Part shown: positions 12,945 through 25,321 of the stretch, piece after piece
Position numbering within the stretch: the first letter of the stretch is position 1
Layout: each line of letters opens with the position of its first letter
Origin: Mobula hypostoma
Lineage: Eukaryota
DNA length: 64,000 bases
Reading direction: 5' to 3'
NCBI RefSeq assembly: GCF_963921235.1
Contig: NC_086108.1
Coordinates: 84,818,001-84,882,000, forward strand
Made by a program: the position numbers and the translations under genes
The notes under the pieces: generated by a model
What the model saw: the letters and a program-made list of their open reading frames with translations, nothing else
Database searches by the model: none
Told to the model about the DNA's origin: nothing

Positions 12945-15068
12945 CAGTGGCAAGCAAAAGTTTGGGCACCCCGGTCAAAATTTCTGTTACTGTGAATAGC
13001 TAAGCGAGTAAGAGATGAACTGATTTCCTAAAGACAAAGTTAAAGATGACACATTTTTTAATATTTTAAGATTACTTTTTTATTTCCATCTTTTACAGTT
13101 TCAAAATAACAAGAAAGGAAAAGGGCCCGAAGCAAAAGTTTGGGCACCCTGCATAGCAGTACTTAGTAACACCCCCTTTGGCAGGTATCACAGCTTGTAA
13201 ACACTTTCTGTAGCCAGCTAAGAGTCTTTCAATTATTTTTTTGGGGGATTTCCGCTCAATCTTCCAGATATCCCACCTCTCTCGGAAGTTCCGGGAGTTT
13301 CCCGTATATTAATAGTGGCTCCCTGATACCCACAAATTATGTACAATATCAGGGAAATCAATTTTTCAGAGAGGGAGAGAGGGAGAGAGGGAGAGAGGGA
13401 GAGAGAAAAAACACGCACGCCATGGGAGAGTGTTCCAAAAAAAGAAAATATAAAACGTATGTCACCCCAGACTACCCTAAAGTGTACCCCTGCCTAATAG
13501 GGGTCAAAAATAATGACAGTGTTGCTCACCGCACTGTTTGCAACAGTGACTTTTCTATTGTCCATGGTGGGTTAAAATGTAAAAGACATGTTGAGGTGAG
13601 TTTAACAGGTGTCATTTGTTCATTAGCATAGCTAACGTTATTTAAACTAGCTGGCTAGCTGCTAAGGAGCTACTCTATTGCAAACATCCCACCTCTCCCG
13701 GAAGTCTCCCGCAAATTGATGGTGCTACCTCCCTGAAATGAGTTTTTGCAGGGTGGGATGTCTGTTCTTCCTTGCAAAAGGCTTCTAGTTCTGTAAGATT
13801 CTTGGGCTGTCTTGCATGCACTGTTCTTTTGAGGTCTATCCACAGATTTTCGATGATGTTTAGGTCAGGGGACTGTGAGGGCCATGGCAAAACCTTCAGC
13901 TTGCGCCTCTTGATGTAGTCCATTGTGGATTTTGAGGTGTGTTTAGGATCATTATCCTGTTGTAGAAGCCATCCTCTTTTCGTCTTCAGCTTTTTTTTTT
14001 TACAGACGGTGTGATGTTTGCTTCCAGAATTTGCAGGTATTTAATGGAATTCATTCTTCCCTCTACCAGTGAAATGTTCCCCGTGCCACTGGCTGCAACA
14101 CAAGCCCAAAGAATGATTGATCCACCCTCGTGCTTAACAATTGGAGAAGTGTTCTTTTCATGAAATTCTGCACCCTTTTTTCTCCAAACATACCTTTGCT
14201 CATTGCTGCCAAAAAGTTCTATTTTAACTTCATCAGTCCACAGGACTTGTTTCCTAACTACATCAGGCTGCTTAGATGTTCCTTTGAACCTTTTGAATAG
14301 AACTTTTCGGCTGCAATGAGCAAAGGTATGTTTGGTGAGAAAAGGGTGCAGAATTTCATGAAAAGAACACCTCTCCAACTGTTAAACACGAGGGTGGAAC
14401 GATCATACTTTGGGCTTGTGTTGCAGCCAGTGGCACGGGGAACATTTACTGGTAGAAGGAAGAATGAATTTAATTAAATACCAGAAAATTCTGGAAGCAA
14501 ACATCACACCGTCTGTAAAAAAGCCGAAGATGAAAGGAGGACGGCTTCTACAACAGGGTAATGAACCTAAACACACCTCAAAATCCACAATGGACCACCT
14601 CAAGAGGCGCAAGCTGAAGGTTTTGCCATGGCCCTCACAGTCCCCTGACTTAAACATCATCAAGAATCTGTGAATAGACCTCAAAAGAGCAGTGCATGCA
14701 AGACGGCCCAAGAATCTTACATAACTAGAAGCCTTTTGCGAGGAAGGATGGGCGAAAATCCCCCAAAAAATAATTGAAACACACGTAGCTGGCTGCAAAA
14801 AGCGTTTACAAGCTGTGATACTTGCCAAAGGGGGTGTTACTAAGTACTGCCATGCAGGGTGCCCAAATTTTTGCTTCAGGCCCTTTTCCTTTTTCATTAT
14901 TTTGACACTGTAAAAGATGGAAATAAAAAAGTTTTCTTGCTTAAAATATTAAAGAAATGTGTCACCTTTAATTTTATGCCTTTCGGAAATCAGGTCATCT
15001 TTTACTCGCATAGCTATTCACAGTAACAGAAATTTTGACCGGGGTGCCCAAACTTTTGCATGCCACTG
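12945..15068. mobile_element. Fold-back Tc1/mariner element (two inverted 3' halves)
   Basis: Termini cagtggcaagcaaaagtttgggcacccc / ggggtgcccaaacttttgcatgccactg-TA; Tc1 motifs WTDEVKIE, VKHEGGSIILWAC, WPSQSPDLNIIENLW read outward on both strands. Confidence 0.92.
13265..13764 (+). mobile_element. Non-autonomous hAT-like DNA transposon, copy B, nested in the Tc1 left arm
   Basis: TIR cagatatcccacc / ggtgggatgtctg; TSD atcttc/ttcttc; ORF 13422-13631 with zinc-finger-like TVCNSDFSIVHGGLKCKRHVE then GAG|GTGAGT donor; absent from the right Tc1 arm. Confidence 0.82.
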
Positions 15069-15214
15069 TATGTACACAACTGCCTTGCCCAAGGAAAAAC
15101 AGATAGCTCAATGAAGCATGATCCTAAGAAGTAAAATGTTGTACAGAGATTTATTAACATACTGTACATTAGCATGAAATAATTATGAGGTTCAGTACCA
15201 TTTCCGACACCTCC

Positions 15215-16290
15215 CTTCACTATCTCCATCTCTCTGCCTCGATCTCTGGAGACAGTTTATCTATTGATATCTTTTATAAACCCGCTGATTCTCACAGCTA
15301 CCTGGACTAAACTTCTTCCTACCCTGCCACTTGCCCATCTCCGCCACATCTGTTCTCTGAATGAGGCTTTTTTTCCACAACTAATGAGATGCCCTCCTTC
15401 TCCAAAAAAAGGGACTTTCCTTCCTCCACCACCAATGCTGCCCTCACCTGCACTTCTTCCATTTCGTCCAAGTGACCCTTCTGCACTGATCTCCCTCCTG
15501 GTACTTATCTTTGCAAGCAGAACAAGTGCCGCAGCTGCCCCTGCACCTCCCCTGTCACTACCATTCGGAGCCCCTCACAGTCCTTCCAAGTGAGTCTGTT
15601 GGGGGTTATCTACTGTATCTGGTGCTCCTGGTATGGGCTCCTGCATATCGGCAAGACGCGACGTAGACTGGGAGACCACTTTGCTGAGCACCTACACTCC
15701 ATCTGCCAGAAAAAGTGGGATTTCCCAGTGGCCACCCATTTCAATTCTGTTTCCCATTCCGGCATATTGGTCCATGGCCTCCTCTATTGCCACGATGAGG
15801 CCACACTCAAGCTGGAGGAGCACCTTATTCCATCTGGGTATTTCTCAAACTTCTGGTAACTATCCCCTCCTCTCTTTCACCATTCCCATTTCCCTCTCTC
15901 ACCTTATCTCCTTACCTGCCCATCACCTCCCTCTGATGTTCCTCCCCCTTCCCTTTCTTCCATGGTCTTCTACTCTGTCCTATCAGATTTCCCCTTCCAG
16001 CCCCTTATCTTTTTCACCAAATCAACTTCCCAGGTCTTTACTACGCCCCTCCCCTTTCCTGGTTTCTCTTATCACCTACCACCTTGTACTTATTCCTGCC
16101 CTCCCCCTTGTACTTACTTACCTACTGCCTTGTGTTTCTTCTTCCTCTCCCCCCACCTTCTTACACTGACTTCTCATATATTTTTCCCCAGTCCTGATGA
16201 AGAATCGCGGCCTGAATTATCAACTGTTTACACTTTTCCACAGATGCTGTCTGGCCTGCTGAGTTCCTCCAGCATTTTGGGTGTGTTTCT
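15215..16290 (+). mobile_element. Penelope-like retroelement fragment (RT C-terminus, GIY-YIG endonuclease, pyrimidine-rich tail, degenerate hammerhead)
   Basis: GVIYCIWCS...LHIGKTRRRLGDHFAEHLHSI = GIY-YIG remnant (15590-15859); DIFYKP-DSHSYLD RT-end motif; cagtcctgatgaag near 16188-16202. Confidence 0.85.
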
Positions 16291-17059
16291 CGTGTTCAGC
16301 ACCATTTGTTCAGGTAATAGACTTGCCTTTAAATTCACCTCTTGTGACATACCCACAACTCGACATACCCACAACTCCACTTACCTTTTATGCCTGCATC
16401 CTTCTTCAACATGCACACTTGAGCTAGTTACAGCTTCTATATAGAATCACTGTCTAAATTTTTCACTTTCGACCCACTTTTGCAAACAGGATAATCCAGT
16501 TCAAGAATTTCATTTCAGCAGTACGGGACAATGAAAATATAACAGAAACAAAAGCTATTCTGACCATTAAGTTAGTCACTTAAGCTAAAGACTTATTTCA
16601 CTCTTTAGAAGTTAACAAAATAGTTCTGAGAATGTGCAAAGATAATGCTCCTTGCAAAGGAAGTGGTGAATATGGGTCTAAATAATTATAGGTAGAAGAA
16701 CTCTTGTAAGCACAGCTAATAGATCAGCAGATTTTTAATGATTTTAATTAAGATTAAGAGTTTTGTTGGGAAATAGCATGTTTAATTTCAATCCAAAAAA
16801 GTATTGGGAGTCATCACACTTAGTACAAGGTACACATATGGTCTTAAATAGGTCCATGCTAAAGCAAAGTCCAGGTTATAGGAAATTGAAGATGGATAGC
16901 ATAATTTATTTTGTTACAGAAACACATTGAAAAGGACACAAAATTTGGAGTGAACTAACTTACACTACACAAGGGTTTTCATTTCACGTAACACAAATTA
17001 AGATGACTTCGTTAGGCAGCATCTCAAAATGCTAAAAAAAAACAAGCAATATTAATATT

Positions 17060-17338
17060 TGGGGCAGCACTGTAGCATTGCAGTTAGCGCAACACTATTA
17101 CTGCGCGACCTGTCCAAGTTTAGAGTTCAATCCTGGTTTCCTCAGGAAGAAGTTGTACGCCTTCCTTGTGGAATGTTTCCTCCCACAGTCCAACGAAGTA
17201 CTGATGAATGGGTTAATTGGTCATTGTAACTTGTCCCGTGATTAGGAAAGTGTTAGATTTCGGGTTGCTGGTGGCATGGCGCGAAGGGCCAGAAGGGCCT
17301 ATCCTGTGCTGTATCTATAAACAAACAAATAAATAAAT
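17060..17338 (+). mobile_element. tRNA-derived SINE with CR1-like 3' end
   Basis: A/B-box-like head (ggcagcactgtagc...gagttcaatcc), body, gggccagaagggccta...(AAAT)n tail. Confidence 0.7.
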
Positions 17339-17346
17339 ATACTTAC

Positions 17347-17556
17347 TGCATCTTTTTCTTCAAGAGCCGCCAAAACAAAGCACAGGTAACTATGGTTGGG
17401 AGAGAGCGGCTTGTTGTAAAATCCTCCATAACTTTGCTCATCACCAAGCGTGAATGTATCTGGTAGTTTCTTTAGCTGGGCAGCAATGTATGGCTTTAGC
17501 CTCTCAGACTGCCGTCGACGTCGAATGCCGTGTTGCTGGCTTATCCCGTCAAACAA
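17347..17556 (-). CDS. PTPRF: PTPRF exon with furin-type cleavage site RRRR (210 nt)
   Basis: LFDGISQQHGIRRRRQSERLKPYIAAQLKKLPDTFTLGD...YNKPLSP...CFVLAALEEKDA; TTTTAG acceptor, GCA|GTAAGT donor. Confidence 0.93.
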
Positions 17557-18159
17557 CTAAAAATACAAATGCAATTTAGAAATTTTTCATTTTTTCCACT
17601 ATTTTAGTCAGTCACAATCAAGACTATACAGATTACATTATTCTATGTTATACAAGTGTACTGCTACTTCCCAGGGCCCTAGAAACAGTGGAACTAATTT
17701 TCCAATACTCTTTGGACTCCAGATCAGTTCTTGCACATTGGTGTGCGGCTAGTTTTGGAAGAAATGGGTCTTTTACAAAGTGGCAGACAATAACAGCTGG
17801 AGCACCACAGGGTTCAGTGCTTGGATCACAACTATTTGTATATATGGTAATGATTTAGACAAAGAATTTAAATGTGTTATCTACAAACTTGCAAACATCA
17901 CAAAACTGGCTGTAATGAGCTGTGAGGAGAATACAGGGATGCCCTGGTGTACATAGAATGTCAGCTGCAGCATGATGTAAATAAATATGAAATCATACAT
18001 TTTGGTAGCAAAAAGAGAAGAGAAGAGATAGAATATTATCACTTGAACATGCCTTCCTGCTACTGTTGAAGATCTTGTGAGTGTGTGCAGTTTATTCTCT
18101 TTAAATGAGCAATGAAGAGAGTGCAGTGAAAGTTCACAAAACTATTTATTGGGGCAGCA

Positions 18160-20215
18160 AAGTTTAAAGTAAATTCATTATATAAGTACATAAATGCCAT
18201 CATTTACAACCCTGAGATTCATTTTCTTGCAGGCATTCACAGTAAATACAAGAAGCACAACAGAATCAATGAAAGACCACATTCAACAGGACAGACAAAC
18301 AACTAGTGCGCAAAAGACAACAGACCGAAAATACAAAAAGAAAGAAAAAAATAAGCAATAAATATTGAGAACATGAGATAAAGAGCCCTTGAAAGTGAGT
18401 CCATAGGTTGAGGGAACAGTTCAGGGGTGGGGCAAGTGACGGTGAGTGAAGTTATCCCCTCTGGTTCAAGAGTCTGATGGCTGAGAGATAACCTGGTGAT
18501 GTGGGTCCTGAGGCTCCTGTACCTTTTGGCCATGTCGCAACCAGTCAACATGCTCTCTTCCACACATCTGTAGAAGTTTGCCAGAGTTTTAGACGACATG
18601 CTAAATGTTTGCAAACTTCTAAGAAATTAGTGACGCCACCATGTTTTCTTTGTAATGGCAATTATATGCTGGATCCAGGACAGATCCTCTGAAATGATAA
18701 CACTGAGGAACAAAGCTGCTGACCCTCTCCACCTCAGATCCTCTGATGAAGACTGGCTCATGGATCTCCAGTTTCCTCCTCCTAAAATCAATAATCACCT
18801 CCTTGCTCTTGCTGACATTGAGTGAGAGGTTGTTGTTGCTGCGGCATCACTCAGCCAGATTTTCAATCTTCCTCCTATATGCTGATTCATCACCATCTTT
18901 GATTCGACAAACGACAGTGGTGTCGTCAGCAAACTTAAAATATGGCATTGGAGCTGTGCTTAGTCTCACAGTCATAAGGAAAAAGTAAGTAGAGCAAGGG
19001 GCTAAGCACACAGCCTTGTGGTGCACCTGCACTGATGAAGATTGTGGAGAGCAACACACATAAAAAATGCTGGTGAACGCAGCAGGCCAGGCAGCATCTA
19101 TAGGAAGAGGTACAGTCACCTTTTCGGGCTGAGACCCTTCGTCAGGACTAGATTGTGGAGAGACATTTTTGCCAATCAAAACTGACTGGGCTCTGCAAGT
19201 AAAGAAATCAAGGATCAAGCTACACCAGAAGATATTGAACCGCAAGTCTTGATTAGTATTGAATGCCAAGCTGCAGACAATGAAGAGCATCCTGATGTAT
19301 GCACCTTCATTGTCCAGATGTTCCAGGGTTGACTGAAGAGAATGAAATGGCATCTGTATGGACTTGTTGTGCCGGAAGGCAAATTGGAGCAGGTACAAGT
19401 CATTTCTCAGGCAGGAGTTGATACGTTTCATCAGCAACCTCTTCAAGCACTTCTTCATAGTGGATGTAATTGCTACTGGACGACAGACAGGTTACGATGT
19501 TCCTCTTTGGAACCTGCTTCAAGCAGGTGGGTGTGTCAGACAGCTGAAGTTAAAGATATCGGTGAATACTCCAGCCAGTTGATCAGGACAGATCTTTAGT
19601 TCTTGGCCAGATACCTCATCTGGGCTGGATGCTTTCCGTGAGTCCACCGTCCTGAAGGAATTTCTCACATTGGCTTCGGAGACTGAAATCACAGACTGGT
19701 GGAATTCCTGGTATGCCTCCATGTTTGGACAGTCAAAGGGAGCATAAAAAGCATTGAGCTCATCTGGGAGTGAAGCCTTGTTGATACCTATATCACTTGG
19801 TTTCACTTTGTAGGAGGTGAAAGCATTCAAGCACTGCCACAGCTGATGAGGATCCCTCAATGATTCAAGTTTTGTCTGGAGTTGCCACTCCACATGTAAA
19901 AAGGCTTTCTGGACATCATACTTGGATCTCATAGTTCATCCAGAGCTATTATTTGGGGAAGACTACATATGATTTTGTGAGGATACACTCATCGACAACT
20001 ATTTTTATTAAGTCCATGAGAATTGTGCTGTATTTGTTCATATCCTCGGATGAGTCCTTGAACATGGCTCAGTCCACCGACTCGAAGCTGTCCCGTGGCT
20101 GCTCCTCTTCCTGCAGCTACCACCTCTTTGTTCTCCTTCTTGCTGGAACCTTGCTCTTTAGCCTCTCTTTGTATGCATATAGGAGGAGGACAGCCAGTGA
20201 TCAAACTTCGGGAGT
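18160..20215 (-). mobile_element. Rex1/Babar-type LINE, degenerate RT
   Basis: ORF remnants LPDELNAFYA, ADQLAGVFTDIFN, LQFAFRHN, KFADDTTVV..IKDGDESAYRRKIENL. Confidence 0.85.
19052..19149 (-). mobile_element. Short Penelope-derived hammerhead-type insertion inside the Rex LINE
   Basis: 13-bp TSD agattgtggagag (19039-19051 and 19150-19162); AGTCCTGACGAAGGGTCTCAGCCCGAAAAGGTGACTG on minus strand. Confidence 0.85.
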
Positions 20216-21378
20216 GGTGTGATGAAGAAAGGTGGGGTTTATTGGGTTTGTATTTCACTGGAGTTTGGAATGAAAGGGTACCTCATTAAAGCTTATAAAA
20301 ATTGGATGGGACCAGCTGAACTAGATGCATTTCTAATGCTAAGGAGGTGTTGAACCAGGGGTCACAACCCCCAAAGGGGTATGCTCTTTCGGGCTGAGAT
20401 GAGGAGATAAAGAGTCTTCATAGAAAGTGTTCTGAAACTGAAATTTTCTACCACAGAAGGCAATTTAGACTAAATGATTAAATATATTTCAGGAGGAATT
20501 AGGTGTGCTTCACATAATTCTTACTGATGAAGAACAACACAGCAAACAAGCTCCCACAGAGGAAAAATGCAGCATGTTGGATAGAAAGTCCACTCATGGA
20601 TGTGCTTCTATAGTCTACTATTGTGAAATATTATCACCATCCTGTCATCTAGGGAGAAAACACAATGGCAATATCCACTGACCATCCAACGTGGTAGCTT
20701 TTGTACACAGGGGCCAACTCATGATTTCTATTTGATCCTCAAAGATCATTTTCTTTATACAGCTTTGTCTTCCCACAACATACCATTCTAAAATATTCCA
20801 TAACTAACCAGAATACATAGTTGATGATCAGCATGGAGTTGGTGGGCAAAAGGGCCTGTCTCTATATTATATTGCTGTATGATTCAATCTGACAAGCATG
20901 AATCTGTGATCAAAGTCTACTTACCCAGTATTGACCATAAACGGATTTGCAGGCACCAAAGAAACATTCCACAAAATACAAGAAATAAATGAAATATTTT
21001 AACACCTTTAACTTTTATAAAACTTGGACAGGATCAGAAACTCTGCAAATGGAAGAACTTATCCACAAGCTAATTATACTGAGTACTTAAGATCTTCTTC
21101 CAGACTTAAGCAGGACAGCATTATGGGTGCATATTCTCCATAATGTAGAGAGGTTTTCCTATTTTTCTCTGTTAATAATACTTTGAAGGTATGAAGTGGT
21201 AATGGTTGCGGGAAAGGGAAGTTGAGAGTAAAATGAAGCATTTTTTTTTACTATAAAGCATATACCTTTGATCTCACTGTAAAAATCAAATGAATGTGTA
21301 ATTGACTAAGTATTAAGTAACAGAATGTCACACAATATGTGAAGTACAGATAACATGGTTCTGAAAACAAAGTCTTAC

Positions 21379-21469
21379 ATCATAAAGATCCATCTCCTCA
21401 GGATTTTGCAGTTTTTCTGTAACTGAACGTGCAGTTCTATCTAGCGGTACCACCACAATAAAATACCAC
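21379..21469 (-). CDS. PTPRF: PTPRF exon, membrane-proximal ectodomain (91 nt)
   Basis: Translated by hand: WYFIVVVPLDRTARSVTEKLQNPEEMDLYD; CTTTCAG acceptor, GAT|GTAAGA donor; phase 2-0 fits neighbours. Confidence 0.9.
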
Positions 21470-22547
21470 CTGAAAGAGTGATTAAATAGTTAAAATTTTA
21501 AAAAAAAACAGGAAAATAACAAAAACTTAAAAGCAAATGCATAAGCTGATTTTTCAATTCACCGCTTTACAGAAATGATGCTGACAGCATCAATAGGGCA
21601 ATATTTTACTTTGGTGAATTCAGGCTTGGGAAGGACATATGTGTCAGAGAACTGAAGGCCTAACTTGTATGTTGACACTACATCGTAATGAGGTAGGATG
21701 AGGTAATTGAGGTAGGCAGCCCATTTTACCTGTAAGCATAGTGAAGGCCTACATGATCTCAAAGTTTATGACACTGTTCTGAAAATCGCTTCGAACGACT
21801 AGTTTCAATGACATGCAATGCCTTTTGTAATATGTTTTATGATAAGAAATGAGATTGGATGTATAAAATTTTCTGGGCAATTTCAAACCAAAGTGTATAC
21901 AAAGTTCAAATCTGGAGAAACAGATATATCCATAATTAAAATACTTAATAATAATCAATAATAACACACATTTTTAATACAGAAATCACATTGGTTCTGC
22001 AAGTTACAGTGATACCTCATCACAAGGATCAATGGTGCTGGAGAAGGAGAGGTTGGTGTTGGTCAGTTAAACTGGCCCATTCATTAATTTTCAAACTATA
22101 TTTCAAGGTTGCAGGCAGACCATCACAGAGGCTATGCCACATGAAAATCTGAACAACTTATTATTGCTGGCTGCCCCAGCACATCCTTAGGTTGTGTTGG
22201 TTTTGTACACAAACAATGCATTTCACTGTATGTTTTTGTATACATGTGATAAATAAATGAATCTGAAATCTGAATCTGCAAAGGAAAAAAATCTTTGTTT
22301 TTCTAATTTTGAGTTGCAGTTATGCTTCTGTGGACTTTAGTTGTTTTTCTTAATTCCATGAAATATTTAAGTGACCTATGTTCCTTGGGGTTGTTCTCAA
22401 CCAAGGAAGTGAATGGAACAAGGGCTAACCTAGTTTAAGTACGGCGAACACATTTCCTTATAAATCTTCTAGAAAACTGAACAGAGTTATGCTTTACCAC
22501 ATAACTCCAGTTATGTGGTAAAGCCCTCCGTTGAAAATGATATTGTA

Positions 22548-23120
22548 TCTGTTAAATAGGGGCCGTGGACAATTCTGATTTGATGGAGACAGACGTGAAA
22601 GCACAGAGGAACATCTGGAGAAATTTCTGAAACGCAGGTTCGCTGCCGCTGTTACTGGGCGATCGAGAATCTTCCAAGGGAAGGCCCCAAAATCCCCGGC
22701 TTTGCCTGCTGCTGGCGACCGAGATTGAGGTCGAATCGTTCGGATAGAGATGGTGCTCGGTACTCGGTGTCGGAGAGCCGATCGGAGGCTCAAAGTTCTC
22801 GGACGACTCAAGAGTTGAACTGTGGTCGGGCATGGCAGGGAGAGTTTTCTTCCTTCTCCCGTCTGAGTGAGATGTGGGACATTTGAGAGACTTTGAACTT
22901 TTTACTGTGCCATGGACTGTTCTTCATCAAGTTATGGTATTGTTGCACTGTTGTAACTATATGTTATAATTATGTGGTTTTGTTAGTTTTTTCAGTCTTG
23001 GTCTGTCCTGTGTTTTGTGATATCACACCAGAGAAAATATTATATCATTTCTTAATGCACGCATTACTAAATGACAATAAAAGAGGACTGCGTGTCTTCA
23101 TAATCTAATAATAATCTAAT
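22548..23120 (+). mobile_element. Unclassified young-looking retroposon
   Basis: CpG-rich 570-bp island ending aataaa...(TAATC/TAA)n tail; no credible ORF. Confidence 0.5.
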
Positions 23121-23292
23121 ATTTAAATGCAACTGCAATGATAACCTTCAGGACCAACATTGACCAAAGCTGTCTCTCAAACTATCAACCCCCAAAAATG
23201 GAGCTGTGATGACTAATATGAATATGAATAAGTGATTATAACCAACATTATCAGGAACCTAAATATGCAAATAAAGTTGATTCATATCTTAC

Positions 23293-23546
23293 CTGACAAT
23301 GGCAGTGGTCTGAACCTTGGGCAAGTTGATGGGTAACTTGCCATCCTGGATGTTCTTGGTGAACACAATTGGCTTTGTTTTCAGCAAGTTAGGGGCAGTA
23401 CGGATCGATACCACCTGCTGTAGTCCACCAGCACTATTCCCACGGTTAGTTAATACAAAGGAGTATTCAGTATCAGGCTGAAGCTTTGTAATAAGTTTTC
23501 GCATGGATTGTCCATCCACTTCTACACTTTGGCCATTATACAGGAT
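23293..23546 (-). CDS. PTPRF: PTPRF exon, FN3-8 second part and linker (254 nt)
   Basis: ILYNGQSVEVDGQSMRKLITKLQPDTEYSFVLTNRGNSAGGLQQVVSIRTAP...; ILYNGQSVEVDG fits PTPRF better than PTPRD/S; TGTCAG acceptor, CAG|GTAAGA donor. Confidence 0.94.
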
Positions 23547-23849
23547 CTGACAGAGGAATAACAGAAACAACTAAAACCTGATATTAAAACATTGCATTTA
23601 ACTTCTTCCCGTTTGCTATCAAAGGAATAATCAACATCCAAGAATGCTGGAAAAATACATAATATTACAGATCAAAACACACGTAACAGGAGTTACTTAA
23701 TGGATCAGGCAGCATCAATGGTGATTAACTAAGTGAATAGATCAGGTCAGCAGTTTATTATCAGGACTTAGAAAAGTTAGAAATTCCTATAAATGGTTTA
23801 ATATGTCTCAGTTGGTATCTTGACTTAAAAAAATTGTATGTTTAATCCC

Positions 23850-24610
23850 AAGGCACAGTGGTATAGCTAGTAAAGCTGCTTCCTCACATCCTATGATCCA
23901 GTGTTGATCCTGAACTCCTATACTATCTATGGAGAGTTTGCACATTTTCTCTGTGAACCTGTGGGTTTCCTCTGGACACTCCTAAGATGTGCAATTTGGT
24001 AGATAACTGGCCATTGCAAAGTGCTCTCATGTGAGGGTATGTGCTTTCACATCTACCATATTGAAATTCTTCAAGAGATTCTTTCTGGCTAGAATTAACT
24101 CCTGCCTTTGCAAGGACCAGAACTTCCTGCAATTGGCTTACCCCCACAACAGGTCTACAGCCGTTGCAATCTCAAGGGCTCTCCACTCTACTATGGAGCA
24201 CATAGACAACAACAAAACACGTGGCTGGCTGCTTTCCAAAATCGATTACAGCTTGGCATTAATACCATTATCCCCTCAATATTGATCACCAACCTTCTAC
24301 ACATGGGCTTCTGTACCCCTCTCTGCAACTGAATCCATAACTTCCTCTTCAGAATTCCATGTCAGTACGGATCAGTAATAATATCTCCTTTCACTAACAA
24401 TCAACACATAAGGATGTGTGCTTAGCCCACTGCTCTATTCTCCTTAGACTCATGACTAAGCACAGCTCAGACACTTTCTATAAAATTGCAGATGACATCA
24501 GTGATGTTGGTAAAATCTGAGAAGGTGAGATAGATCGAGCGGTTGAGGAAGGGCAAGTCAGGAGAACACACACCAGTCCCATTGAGGGGTCAGCAGTGAA
24601 AAAGGTGAGG
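23850..24610 (+). mobile_element. tRNA-SINE followed by Rex-type LINE fragment
   Basis: ggcacagtggta...gtgggtttcctctgg SINE body; ORF remnant RINSCL..LQLAYPHNRSTAVAIS. Confidence 0.7.
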
Positions 24611-25241
24611 GGTAGCATAACAAATAAATGAGTGAATAATGAATTGGGAAAATCACAACTGTTTCCAAATCACCTAGTAAGCTGACTTCAAAGTTATTCC
24701 TTAAATCACAATAAACACTGTGGTACCATGTTTAAACATAGTACTTAATTATTGATATAATCAATACTATTCTCAATAGCTGGATCAGGATTTCATAAGT
24801 TTTTAGGTTTTTTGCCCACTTTCTGAACAGGAAGGTGAAACAAATGCTTGAAATTCATACTGAAAAATGATACCAATTTGTTTTTGAAAAAACCATGAAT
24901 ATTCAAGTACACGTAATAATCAAGGGAGAGGAAAGGTGCATGGTATACATGAAAATAAACTTACTGTAGTTTATAAAGATTGGTAAGAATCTACCAAAAA
25001 TTAGAACAATGAATTACATTCCAGACCAGTTCAGTTCAAGAAAATGCAAGATTTAAATGTTCTTTTAATTGGATGCTGAACATTACCTGCTAAGATGTAG
25101 TTACTCCATATACATCTAATGAAAACCTACACGGGAATGTAAAATGTTGTAAAACCTTATCTCACATAAGGGGAGAATGTTCAAGGGCAGAAAGTAGTTA
25201 GCATTGTTGTTTCTTTATAAATAGAAAACAATAAGCTGCAC

Positions 25242-25321
25242 CAGGGGTTCATAACCTGAGGTCTATGGACCCCTTGCTTAATGGTATTGGTCAATGACAT
25301 AAAAAAGGTTGAGAACTTCTG
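25242..25321. mobile_element. 80-bp hAT (Charlie-like) MITE
   Basis: Imperfect TIR caggggttcataacct / aggttgagaacttctg; imperfect 8-bp TSD agctgcac/ggctacac. Confidence 0.6.

Noticed and set aside
13675..14897. Tc1 transposase ORFs as an active gene
   Set aside because: Fragmented by stops, frameshifts and an insertion; N-terminal DNA-binding domain absent.
15633..16444. 178- and 160-aa Leu/Pro/Ser-rich ORFs
   Set aside because: Off-frame readings of the pyrimidine-rich Penelope tail.
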